Origin: a candidate division WOR-3 bacterium
GTDB lineage: Bacteria; Hydrothermota; UBA3072; B12-G15
Reading direction: 5' to 3'
Length of the DNA stretch: 38,822 nucleotides
Assembly: GCA_965649055.1 (NCBI GenBank)
Contig: CBFGJG010000016.1
Span: forward strand, 1-38,822
Below the pieces are notes generated by a model. It ran no database searches. It had not been told where the DNA came from and saw only the letters and a list, made by a program, of their open reading frames with translations. The stretch's first letter is position 1. Each line of letters starts with the position of its first letter. Below are positions 28,764 to 37,801 of this stretch, piece after piece. A program made the translations under genes and the position numbers.

Positions 28764-30073
28764 TGGAAAAGTTAATGAAGATTGCAAAAGAGAAGAAATT
28801 AGAAGCAGAAGTTTATTCTTATTTTGAATCATCTGATAGCCTTTCCTTTGAGAATGGTAATTTTAAAGATATATCCAGTAATAAGACATTCGGTGTAAGT
28901 TTGAGGATAATAAAAAATGGAATGATTGGATACGCATACACTAAAAACCTGAAAGATACTGAAGAACTTGTGAATAACGCACTGATCGGAATAAAAGAAA
29001 AGGTAGAAGCACCTTTTGAGTTTCCTTTAACGGATAAAGTAAAGGAATTAAGGACTTATGATGAAAAATTAGAATCTATTTCAAATATTGAAATAGCCGA
29101 AGAATGTGAAAGGGTTTTGAATGAACTCAAAAAAAGGACAAAGGGACAAATAAACCTGAGTGCCGGTAGGACGATCTCAGAGGTCGAGATAATGAACACC
29201 AAAGGAACAAGATTAAAGAAGAAGGTATCAAACTATGGGATTCACGTTCTGATAAACTATCCCAATACATATGCAGGGATACAGAGATTGTTCATTTCAC
29301 GTTCTTTTGAAAGAATGGATGAAGAAATAATAGAATTTGTCACTTCATTATACAATGATTCTGAAAAGATAGTGAACCCAAAGGGCGGGAAGATGAAAGT
29401 CCTTTTCCTCCCCGAGATGATGTTCGTTCTTTTATGGAGGGTTATTTCAGGAACAAGTGGAGAGAGTCTTTACTTGAAAGAGACACCTATTGCGGATAAA
29501 TTAGGTGAAAAGATATTCAGTGAAAAACTTACAATTTTAAATGATCCCTTAGATGAAAAAAAGGTTTATTCAACCCCTTTCGATGATGAAGGGGTTAACA
29601 CAAGAAAATTTCCTATTATAGAGAAAGGGATTTTAAAGAATTTCTTCTTTGACCTTTATTATGCAGGAAAAACAGGGAATGAACCAACAGGTAATGGTTT
29701 TAGAGGTGGAGTATGGGGTGGAGACCCTATAAGGATAAGGCCAAGGCCTAATCTTAATTCAATGTTGATTGAAAAAGGAGATAAATCATTTGAAGAAATT
29801 ATATCCATGATGGATAGAGGTATAATAGTTGCAGGTCAACTCGGTGCACATAGTGGTAATATACCTAACGGTGATTTCTCAATCGGGCTTTCACCCGGGA
29901 TATATGTGGAAGACGGAAAGATTAAAGGAAGGGTTCTTGATGCAATGGTTTCAGGTAATATATATGAGGTTATGAAGAATATTTTGGCTATAGAGAATAA
30001 GGTTTACCCTTCTTATCTTGGATATTATCCATCTATATTGTTTGATAATGTTTCCGTTGCTATAAAGGGGTAA
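28763..30073 (+). CDS. pmbA: TldE/PmbA family protein
   Basis: PFDDEG, TGNGFRG, GDFS, no HExxxH; 1-nt overlap with tldD. Confidence 0.85.
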   Translation: MEKLMKIAKEKKLEAEVYSYFESSDSLSFENGNFKDISSNKTFGVSLRIIKNGMIGYAYTKNLKDTEELVNNALIGIKEKVEAPFEFPLTDKVKELRTYDEKLESISNIEIAEECERVLNELKKRTKGQINLSAGRTISEVEIMNTKGTRLKKKVSNYGIHVLINYPNTYAGIQRLFISRSFERMDEEIIEFVTSLYNDSEKIVNPKGGKMKVLFLPEMMFVLLWRVISGTSGESLYLKETPIADKLGEKIFSEKLTILNDPLDEKKVYSTPFDDEGVNTRKFPIIEKGILKNFFFDLYYAGKTGNEPTGNGFRGGVWGGDPIRIRPRPNLNSMLIEKGDKSFEEIISMMDRGIIVAGQLGAHSGNIPNGDFSIGLSPGIYVEDGKIKGRVLDAMVSGNIYEVMKNILAIENKVYPSYLGYYPSILFDNVSVAIKG

Positions 30074-30075
30074 CA

Positions 30076-30954
30076 ATTCACATTGGTATATTAAAATATT
30101 TTAGAAGTTTAAGATGGTTTGAAACATTTGTTCGTTGTGGTGCGCCTTTTTTAGGTGTCATTCTTTCCATAGAAAGTTTTAAAGAAGTATCAATCATTAG
30201 ATTTTTCCTCCTTCTTTTCGGATATTTTTTACTTGTTTCACACATATATCTTTATAATGAGTTAAAAGGGAAGGGGTTCGACCTCCTTGATAATTTAAAG
30301 AAAACACCCCTTTTAAAAGGTGAGCTCTCTTATCTTTCTTTGTTTATCTTCTCTTTGATTCTTTTGTTTATCAGTCTTTTAATTTACTTTTTTCTCAATC
30401 CTTTATTCCTTATCTTTGCATTTATAAATTTAATTATGGGTATCACATATGTTCACCCTAAGATTTTATTAAAAGACAAACCTTTTTTCTCCATAATATT
30501 TCTTTTCATAGCAAATTTCAATGATTTTCTGATTGGATGGATGCTTTTTTCTAAAATAACAATAGATTGCATCTTAATATGTGTATATTTTGGTCTCCTT
30601 GGTGCCACAGGACAGATTGTCCATGAGGTTAAAGATTATGAAGCAGATAAAATTTCAGGTATAAGGACGAATGCAGTGAGATTCGGGAAGCAAAGACTCT
30701 TTCTGACAGGAATAATTATTTATTCAGCGTCAACTTTGTTCTTTACCTATATTTCATTAGAATATTTAAAAAAACCCTATTTTATACCACAATTGCTAAC
30801 TTATCCTTTTTATCTGTATTTTTTCTTGAATGTAATGAAGAAGGGTTTTGATAGAAGAGAACTCCACAAATTTGTCTTCATTTATAGAATTATTTATATA
30901 ATTATTGGAGCTACAATATTTTTAATGAAAACAGTTTCGATATGTTTCACGTGA
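30076..30954 (+). CDS. UbiA prenyltransferase family membrane protein (start probably non-canonical, upstream of the ORF-track TTG at 30340)
   Basis: Second UbiA motif HEVKDYEADKISGIRTNAVRFG. The frame is open back to 30049 and encodes LKYFRSLRW and a degenerate first motif YNELKGKGFD...KTPLLKGELS. Confidence 0.72.
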   Translation: MHIGILKYFRSLRWFETFVRCGAPFLGVILSIESFKEVSIIRFFLLLFGYFLLVSHIYLYNELKGKGFDLLDNLKKTPLLKGELSYLSLFIFSLILLFISLLIYFFLNPLFLIFAFINLIMGITYVHPKILLKDKPFFSIIFLFIANFNDFLIGWMLFSKITIDCILICVYFGLLGATGQIVHEVKDYEADKISGIRTNAVRFGKQRLFLTGIIIYSASTLFFTYISLEYLKKPYFIPQLLTYPFYLYFFLNVMKKGFDRRELHKFVFIYRIIYIIIGATIFLMKTVSICFT

Positions 30955-30958
30955 AACA
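30943..30958. other. parS: parS centromere site 1
   Basis: Perfect TGTTTCACGTGAAACA; the palindrome extends to 22 bp (30940-30961). Confidence 0.93.
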
Positions 30959-31028
30959 TATTTTTATAAGCTATTAAAAATGAAAGTAAAAAAAGGCAAA
31001 AAAATAAATAAAAAAATAAAAAATCTAC

Positions 31029-31056
31029 TTGACTAAATATCAGGTGTGATTAAGAT
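31029..31056 (+). promoter_or_regulatory. Promoter of the aldehyde dehydrogenase gene
   Basis: TTGACT-N16-TAAGAT; SD GGGAGG before ATG 31081. Confidence 0.68.
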
Positions 31057-31080
31057 ATAAAAAAATAAAAGGGAGGAAAT

Positions 31081-32577
31081 ATGGCTGAAAAATATTTAAA
31101 TTACATTGATGGTAAATGGGTTGAGAGTGTTTCACGTGAAACATTTGAGAATAGAAACCCTGCAAACTGGGAAGAGTTAATAGGTGTCTTCCCTTCGTCA
31201 GATAAGGAAGATGTGGAAATGGCTGTTAAGGCAGCAAAAAAGGCACAGAAAGAATGGGCTTCTCTTACATTTCCTGAGAGAGGAATGATACTCGGTAAGG
31301 CAGCGGATATTATGGTTCAAAGGAAGGAAGAACTTGCAAGGCTTATGACAAGGGAGATGGGAAAGGTCTTAAAAGAAACAAGGGGAGATGTTCAGGAAGG
31401 TATAGATACACTTTATTATGCTTTTGGTGAGGCAAGAAGACTTTACGGTATAACAACACCATCAGAATTAAGGAATAAGGCATGTTATACAATTTTTAGA
31501 CCGGTTGGAATAGCAGGGCTTATAACCCCCTGGAACTTTCCTATGGCTATACCATGCTGGAAATCAATCCCTGCACTTCTTTTAGGAAATGCAGTGATTC
31601 TGAAGCCGGCATCAGATACACCGGCAACCGCAACAGAACTTGTAAAAATACTTGTGGAAGCAGGGGTTCCGAAAGGTGTTATAAATATAGTTCATGGTAA
31701 AGGTTCAAAGGTTGGTGAGGCACTTCTTGAACATCCTGATGTCGGGGTTATATCCTTCACAGGTTCTTCAGTTATTGGAAGAAGAATAGCCGAGGTTGCA
31801 GGGAGGAATTTAAAAAGGGTGAGCCTTGAACTTGGTGGTAAAAATCCACAGATAGTTATGGAAGATGCAGACCTTGAAAATGCACTTGAAGGTGTTTTAT
31901 GGGGTGCTTTTGGAACAACAGGACAGAGATGCACGGCAACATCAAGGCTCATTGTCCATAAAAAGATTTACAAGAAATTTATAGATATGCTTGTAGAAAG
32001 GGCAAAGAAGATAAAGATAGGAAACGGACTTGATGAAAAGGTTGAGATGGGCCCTGTTATAAATGAAGCACAGATGAAAAATATATTGAATTATATAGAG
32101 ATAGGTAAGAAAGAAGGTGCAAAACTTGTCCTGGGAGGAAAGAGATACACAAAAGGCGAATGTTCCAAAGGATGGTTCATTGAACCTACAATCTTTATAG
32201 ATGTTGAACCACATATGAGGATATTCCAGGAAGAAATATTTGGTCCTGTTCTCTCAGTCTCCAAGGCAGAAGATTTTGAAGATGCAATAAATATGGCTAA
32301 TAACACAGAGTATGGGCTTTCATCTTCTATTTATACAAATAATATTGTTTATGCTATGAAGGCAATACAGGAACTTGAAGCAGGTATAACATATGTGAAT
32401 GCACCTACAATTGGAGCTGAATGCCATCTTCCTTTTGGTGGTGTGAAGAATACAGGAAATGGGCATAGGGAAGGTGGAAAATGGGCTTATGAGATTTTCT
32501 GTGAGATAAAGACAGTTTACATTGATTATTCAGGAAAGCTTCAGAAGGCACAGATAGATGTTGAGATAAAGAAGTGA
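31081..32577 (+). CDS. NAD(P)-dependent aldehyde dehydrogenase
   Basis: ITPWNFP, FTGS, LELGGKN, GQRCTA, EEIFGPV, PFGG. Confidence 0.96.
   Translation: MAEKYLNYIDGKWVESVSRETFENRNPANWEELIGVFPSSDKEDVEMAVKAAKKAQKEWASLTFPERGMILGKAADIMVQRKEELARLMTREMGKVLKETRGDVQEGIDTLYYAFGEARRLYGITTPSELRNKACYTIFRPVGIAGLITPWNFPMAIPCWKSIPALLLGNAVILKPASDTPATATELVKILVEAGVPKGVINIVHGKGSKVGEALLEHPDVGVISFTGSSVIGRRIAEVAGRNLKRVSLELGGKNPQIVMEDADLENALEGVLWGAFGTTGQRCTATSRLIVHKKIYKKFIDMLVERAKKIKIGNGLDEKVEMGPVINEAQMKNILNYIEIGKKEGAKLVLGGKRYTKGECSKGWFIEPTIFIDVEPHMRIFQEEIFGPVLSVSKAEDFEDAINMANNTEYGLSSSIYTNNIVYAMKAIQELEAGITYVNAPTIGAECHLPFGGVKNTGNGHREGGKWAYEIFCEIKTVYIDYSGKLQKAQIDVEIKK
31128..31143. other. parS: parS centromere site 2 (inside the ALDH CDS)
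   Basis: Perfect TGTTTCACGTGAAACA, read as VSRET in the protein. Confidence 0.92.
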
Positions 32578-33020
32578 GCCCTTTTTTATCCATCTTTACA
32601 CTTGTTTATCCATTCAGTATCGGTTTTAAAGGCGGTGTATGTTTTGAAAAAGAGGGGTTTTTCAACCCCTCTTTTTTTTTAGAAGAAAGAAGGATATTTA
32701 CAGAAGGAATAATCTCACCATTAAGTATAGAATACGATAGTTTAAATTTATTCACGAAATCAAATTCTTTAGGTTTGAATCTTGTTTTTAAAATAAAAGA
32801 AAATTTTTTGATGTTAGAAGGCACCTATACTAACTTATCGCAGGTCTTAGATATTTACAGGAAATATGAATACATAAAAACAAGAAGAGTTTATGAAGGT
32901 TTTAATTTAAGCATTATGCTTGGAAGAAATATAAGAAAAATATATCTTGCATCCGGTTTTGAATATTTTTCTATCACAGGTTGGAAACTATTTAAGATAG
33001 AAACAGGGGTTTTCATATGA
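32574..33020 (+). CDS. Hypothetical protein (small beta-rich, possibly exported)
   Basis: GTG start overlaps the ALDH stop (GTGA) and the stop overlaps the lyase start (ATGA); contains an internal terminator-like hairpin. Confidence 0.55.
   Translation: MSPFLSIFTLVYPFSIGFKGGVCFEKEGFFNPSFFLEERRIFTEGIISPLSIEYDSLNLFTKSNSLGLNLVFKIKENFLMLEGTYTNLSQVLDIYRKYEYIKTRRVYEGFNLSIMLGRNIRKIYLASGFEYFSITGWKLFKIETGVFI
32647..32680 (+). terminator. Intrinsic terminator-like hairpin
   Basis: AAAAA-GAGGGGTT-TTTC-AACCCCTC-T9, about 70 nt after the ALDH stop. Confidence 0.75.
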
Positions 33021-34327
33021 TACCACCATACAGGATAAAGGTCGTTGAAAATATAAAATTAATACCTGAAAAGGAAAGGGAAAAATCGATAAAAAATGCA
33101 GGATACAACCCATTCCTTATACCTGCAGAGGATGTTTTTATAGACCTTGTATCAGATAGCGGTCTTTCAGGATTAAGCACAGAACAACTTTCAGAACTTA
33201 TGCTTGGGGACGAGTCTTTTGCACAACAGAAAGGATATTTTTATTTTATAGACAAAATAAGACAAGTATTTGATTTTCAATATATTACCCCGTTTCATCA
33301 GGGGAGGGCAATAGAAAATGCCCTTTCAGAACTCCTTGTTAAAGAAGGTGATTGTGTTGTCTCGAATTCTTTCTTTGAGACAACTCGTGCGAATATAGAA
33401 AAGAGAGGTGGAAGGTGTGTTGATTTTCCTGATTTAGGTGATGAAATTTTTGGTGGTAATATTGATATTGAAAGATTAAATGATTTTTTAAGCAAAGAAA
33501 AGGTAAGGTTTATCCTTTTAACATTGACAAACAATACAATGTTTGGATTACCTGTAAGTTTTGAAAATATGTATAAGGTTAAGGAAATATGCAGGAAGAA
33601 AAGAATATTATTAATCTTTGATGCATCAAGATTTTCTGAAAATTGTTATTTTATCTGGAAATACGAGTTCAAGAACAGAAGATTTAAAGATGTTATAAAA
33701 AAGGTATTTTCGCTTCCTGATATAGCATATTTGAGTGCTAAGAAAGATGGGCTTTCAAACACAGGTGGTATTTTTATGACTAGAATTAAAGATATATATG
33801 ATAAAATGCAGAATATTTCTATGATAAAGGAAGGTTTCATAAGCCATGGTGGGTTAAATGACAGGGATTTAAGGGTGATTGCTAAAGGGATCGAAGAGGT
33901 GATAGATGAAGATTATATTGAGCACAGGATAGGTCAGGTAAGATACCTTATAGACCTTCTTTTAGAGAATAAAATTCCTTTAAAGACAAGATATTCAGGG
34001 CATGCTGTTTATATAGATGCAGAAAAAATCCTTGGTTTTTCAGAATATCCTGGATATCTCCTATCAGCAGTTCTTTATATAAAAGGTGGAATAAGGGGTG
34101 GAATATTCGGTGGAAAACTCTCAATGGGTAAAGCACCTGAAACATTAAGGCTTTCAATACCAAGAAGGGTTTACTCAGAAGAACATCTTAGATATGTATC
34201 TTGTATTTTGAATGAGGTAAAAGATATAAGGATAAACTGGGATTTAAAACCTTATTTTATCCCTGAAGATTTAAAAACTTTTGGTGTGCGTTTCAGGAGG
34301 GTAAAAAATGGAAATAAAAGATGTTGA
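33017..34327 (+). CDS. Tryptophanase / tyrosine phenol-lyase family PLP enzyme (divergent)
   Basis: PYRIKVVE, AGYNPF, DVFIDLVSDSG, HQGR, DASRFSEN, PLP lysine motif SAKKDG, LRLSIPRRVY. Confidence 0.88.
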   Translation: MIPPYRIKVVENIKLIPEKEREKSIKNAGYNPFLIPAEDVFIDLVSDSGLSGLSTEQLSELMLGDESFAQQKGYFYFIDKIRQVFDFQYITPFHQGRAIENALSELLVKEGDCVVSNSFFETTRANIEKRGGRCVDFPDLGDEIFGGNIDIERLNDFLSKEKVRFILLTLTNNTMFGLPVSFENMYKVKEICRKKRILLIFDASRFSENCYFIWKYEFKNRRFKDVIKKVFSLPDIAYLSAKKDGLSNTGGIFMTRIKDIYDKMQNISMIKEGFISHGGLNDRDLRVIAKGIEEVIDEDYIEHRIGQVRYLIDLLLENKIPLKTRYSGHAVYIDAEKILGFSEYPGYLLSAVLYIKGGIRGGIFGGKLSMGKAPETLRLSIPRRVYSEEHLRYVSCILNEVKDIRINWDLKPYFIPEDLKTFGVRFRRVKNGNKRC

Positions 34328-35360
34328 AATATTCAAGGGGCTTGATGATAAAGAGATAGATTTTGTGAAAAAAGAAGGTGAAATTATAAATATAAAAAAT
34401 GGGGAAGTTCTAATTAATGAAGGTGAAGAAGGAGATAGTCTTTATGTGATCCTTAAAGGCTCCTTTTCAGTTACATCAAAAGGAAGCACGATAAAGGTCT
34501 TAAAAGAAGGTGAGATTATAGGAGAGATGGCAATCCTTCTTGGTGGCAAAAGAACAGCAACGTGTAAGGCTATAGAAGATTCGGTTTTATTTAAGATGGA
34601 TAAAGAGAGATTTTTTGAATTCACAAATAAACATCCTGAAACAGGGATTAAGATTTTAAGGATACTATCTTTAAGGTTAAAAGAGACAACAGATAAGATG
34701 TTGGATGAAATAAGAAGGGATACTGCATTAAAAACAATAGGAAGACTTGCTGGAACAGTTATACATGATTTAAAAAGCCCGATAACCGTGATAAAAGGTT
34801 ATCTTGAATTCCTTGAGAAGGATTTATCTTTAGATGAAAGGAAGAAGATAATAGAGATATTGAAGAAGGAAATCAATAAATTACTTTCAATGATACAGGA
34901 TTTCCTTGAATTTTCAAGGGGTAAAGAGACACTGAGACCAGTAAAGGTAGATTTAAAGGATTATATTCAGGAGATTATTCTGTTTATGAAGGAAGAAGCT
35001 TCAAAGAAAAATATAGAGATAAAAATAACCGGTGAAGGGTTTTGCTCAAATATAGACCCAATAAAGATGAGAAGGGTTTTCACAAACATTATACAGAATA
35101 GTATTGAAGCAATGGAGAAAGGTTTAATTGAGATAATATTAAAAGACGGGGAGATAGTATTCAAAGACAACGGGAAAGGTATGAGCCCTGAAGTTAAAGA
35201 AAGGATATTTGAGCCATTCTTCACATCAAAACAGACAGGGACAGGTCTTGGAATGACAATAGTGAAAAAAATAATAGAAGACCATAATGGAAAAATTTTA
35301 GTTAATAGTGAATTAGGTAAAGGAACTGAGATAAGTATTTTCTTACCTAAATCAGGGTAA
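34308..35360 (+). CDS. Cyclic-nucleotide-binding domain histidine kinase
   Basis: cNMP cassette GEMA...RTAT; H-box HDLKSP; N, G1, F and G2 boxes (QNSIEA, DNGKG, FEPFFT, GTGLG). Confidence 0.92.
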   Translation: MEIKDVEIFKGLDDKEIDFVKKEGEIINIKNGEVLINEGEEGDSLYVILKGSFSVTSKGSTIKVLKEGEIIGEMAILLGGKRTATCKAIEDSVLFKMDKERFFEFTNKHPETGIKILRILSLRLKETTDKMLDEIRRDTALKTIGRLAGTVIHDLKSPITVIKGYLEFLEKDLSLDERKKIIEILKKEINKLLSMIQDFLEFSRGKETLRPVKVDLKDYIQEIILFMKEEASKKNIEIKITGEGFCSNIDPIKMRRVFTNIIQNSIEAMEKGLIEIILKDGEIVFKDNGKGMSPEVKERIFEPFFTSKQTGTGLGMTIVKKIIEDHNGKILVNSELGKGTEISIFLPKSG

Positions 35361-36179
35361 TCATTTTATCTTTAATGTCATTGTATTATCAATATATAAT
35401 TTAACAGGTGTATTCAAAGGAGCGATATTCGCAGTCCCTGTGAGCGTTGAAATTGTTTTCTTTTCCACAGGTATACCTTTTTGAATAGAAAAATTTATCT
35501 CGGAACTTTGATTTCCTGAAAGACTAAAATCTACATTCACACCAAGAACCTCTTTCCTTGTCTTCTGTTCTATTGTCCCTTTCTCCTCAATAATTCCAAT
35601 TTTCTTCCCGCTAAAAAGGTCCTTGAATGTGAATGTGTAATTTCCCTTTTCGTTAACTGTGTTTGCGTATTTATTCCATACATCACCAATCTTAATCTCT
35701 TTAGCAGGGATAAATATAAACATACATAGAATCTTACCTAATATCTCATTGAATTCATTCACACCATCAATCTTCCCAGTGTTCAAGATATCACCATTAT
35801 TTTTTATAACAAGGTCAAATGTTTTCCCTTTTATCTTATCAATACCTGGAATTGTTAAACTCCCCTCATCAGAAGCAATTGTTCCTGTAATCCTTTCAAT
35901 AGTTACCGAAAGTGAGATAGTGTCAAGGTTCACTTTTTTTACAAGCATATTCAAGTCAGTATCAATATTCACATCAAACAATTTTGTTTTTCCAAGGAAT
36001 TCAAGTTTATTCCTGCTCAAAGACTGGATATTGTATCTTATGACTTCACCCTGATTTAGAATCAATTTAAGAAGTATAATTCCTTCAGGTAGATGTGAGA
36101 TTACATCCTTCGCTATCTTTGATAAAGATGCGCACCCAAAAAGAAATATTATAAAAACAGAACTTAAGAATCTTTTCAT
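35361..36179 (-). CDS. Hypothetical lipoprotein
   Basis: MKRFLSSVFIIFLFG-C lipobox; SD GGAGGT. Confidence 0.75.
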   Translation of the reverse strand: MKRFLSSVFIIFLFGCASLSKIAKDVISHLPEGIILLKLILNQGEVIRYNIQSLSRNKLEFLGKTKLFDVNIDTDLNMLVKKVNLDTISLSVTIERITGTIASDEGSLTIPGIDKIKGKTFDLVIKNNGDILNTGKIDGVNEFNEILGKILCMFIFIPAKEIKIGDVWNKYANTVNEKGNYTFTFKDLFSGKKIGIIEEKGTIEQKTRKEVLGVNVDFSLSGNQSSEINFSIQKGIPVEKKTISTLTGTANIAPLNTPVKLYIDNTMTLKIK

Positions 36180-36201
36180 AATACCTCCTGTAATTTTTAT
36201 T

Positions 36202-36229
36202 ATAATAAATCTTTATAAAATGAAGTCAA
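36202..36229 (-). promoter_or_regulatory. Promoter of the lipoprotein gene
   Basis: Minus strand TTGACT-N16-TATTAT. Confidence 0.62.
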
Positions 36230-36350
36230 ATAAAATTAATTTGATTTTTAATATAATAAAGATATTTTTAGGGTTTAAAATTCTTTATATCACAGAAAAT
36301 TTAAAATTCTTTAATATTGACTTATTTAAAAATTCATTTAAAAATATTAT

Positions 36351-36737
36351 ATGATTCTTCTTATAATAGCAAAATCGTCAAAATTAGCACTTATCTTGAG
36401 TGCGACAATACCCGGTGGAGGACAATTCTATACAGAAAATTATTTTAAAGGTTTCATTTTTCTTGGCGCTGAATCATATCTATTTTATAAAACATATGAT
36501 TTTTATAATTCCTATAATGATTATAAAAAACTTTTTTTAGAAACAGGGATAGATAGTTTTAGAATAAAAAGAGATATAGCACAGGATAATCTATACGATT
36601 TTATCTGGTGGGATGCGGTGGTGTATATGTTATCATTGCTTGATGCGTTCATAGATGCAGAACTTTATAACTTTGAGATGGACTTCAAGGTTAAAGAGAA
36701 AAAAGCAGAATTAAATATAATTTACAAAATCAGATGA
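36351..36737 (+). CDS. DUF5683-like membrane protein
   Basis: ALILSATIPGGGQFY...KG and LDAFIDAEL motifs. Confidence 0.7.
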   Translation: MILLIIAKSSKLALILSATIPGGGQFYTENYFKGFIFLGAESYLFYKTYDFYNSYNDYKKLFLETGIDSFRIKRDIAQDNLYDFIWWDAVVYMLSLLDAFIDAELYNFEMDFKVKEKKAELNIIYKIR

Positions 36738-37801
36738 AATACAAGGAATTATTTGAATCAACAGATTTAATATATTTAGTTTTAGATGAGGAGGGAAGAA
36801 TAGAATATATTAATAAATTAGGTAAGGATATTCTTGGATATGAAGGTGAGAATATTTATGATAAAAACTTTTTTAAAATTATTCCTTTAGATATAAGAGA
36901 AGATTTTGAAAAAATAACAGAAGAATTGTTAGACGCAAATGAACCAATAAGTAAATATTACAAAAGCTATATATTGGATAGAAATGGTGAAAAGATAGAA
37001 ATTTTGTGGCTAATAAGTGCAATAAATTTAAAAGAAAAAAATAAAAAAATTTTATATTATGGTTTTATCATAAAAGAATTTATTGAAAAAATCTGTTCAT
37101 TTTTTGAAGATGAAGAGAATCAAAAATACTCAGAGATATTGAGGATATTCTGTCATAATATAAGTAATATGCTAACAGGAATAATAGGGAATCTCTCAAT
37201 TTTAAAGGGTCTTGTAGAAAATAATAAAGATGCATTTGAATGTATATCTGATATAGAAAAATCATCATTAAAATTAAAGGAACTTGTATCCCATGTTCTT
37301 AATTTTTCAAGAAGAGAAGAATTAAAGATTGAAAAATTTGATATTGTTAAATTAATAAGAGAAGATGTGGATATGCTTTTAAAAGATAAGGATATAAAAA
37401 TTGTTTATGAGATACCTTGTGATATTTTTGAAATAGAAGGAGACCCTGTTAAGATATCTCTTGCTATACAAAAGATAATAATGAATTCAATTGAATCAAT
37501 TGAAAAAGAAGGAATAATAAAGATTTATATTGATAAGATAAAATTGCTGGAATACCATCCGCTGCTTAAACCAGGTGAATATGTGGTTTTAAAGATAGAA
37601 GATAATGGTTCAGGAATACCTGAAGAACATCAATGTAGAATTTTTCTTCCATTCTTCACCTTGAAGAAAAATAGATTGGGTTTAGGACTACCAGTTTGCT
37701 TAAAAATAGTTAAAGAGCATAAAGGGCTTATAAAGTTTAAATCCCTGATTGGTAAAGGGACTGAATTTACCATTTATTTACCTTTAAAGCAGAAAGATTA
37801 A
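36734..37801 (+). CDS. PAS-domain sensor histidine kinase (no receiver domain)
   Basis: N-terminal PAS; H-box CHNISNMLTGI; DNGSGI, PFFT, LGLGL, GKGTEFTIYLP. Confidence 0.88.
   Translation: MKYKELFESTDLIYLVLDEEGRIEYINKLGKDILGYEGENIYDKNFFKIIPLDIREDFEKITEELLDANEPISKYYKSYILDRNGEKIEILWLISAINLKEKNKKILYYGFIIKEFIEKICSFFEDEENQKYSEILRIFCHNISNMLTGIIGNLSILKGLVENNKDAFECISDIEKSSLKLKELVSHVLNFSRREELKIEKFDIVKLIREDVDMLLKDKDIKIVYEIPCDIFEIEGDPVKISLAIQKIIMNSIESIEKEGIIKIYIDKIKLLEYHPLLKPGEYVVLKIEDNGSGIPEEHQCRIFLPFFTLKKNRLGLGLPVCLKIVKEHKGLIKFKSLIGKGTEFTIYLPLKQKD

Noticed and set aside
27405..30073. TldDE as part of a RiPP cluster
   Set aside because: No precursor peptide, YcaO or other maturase nearby.
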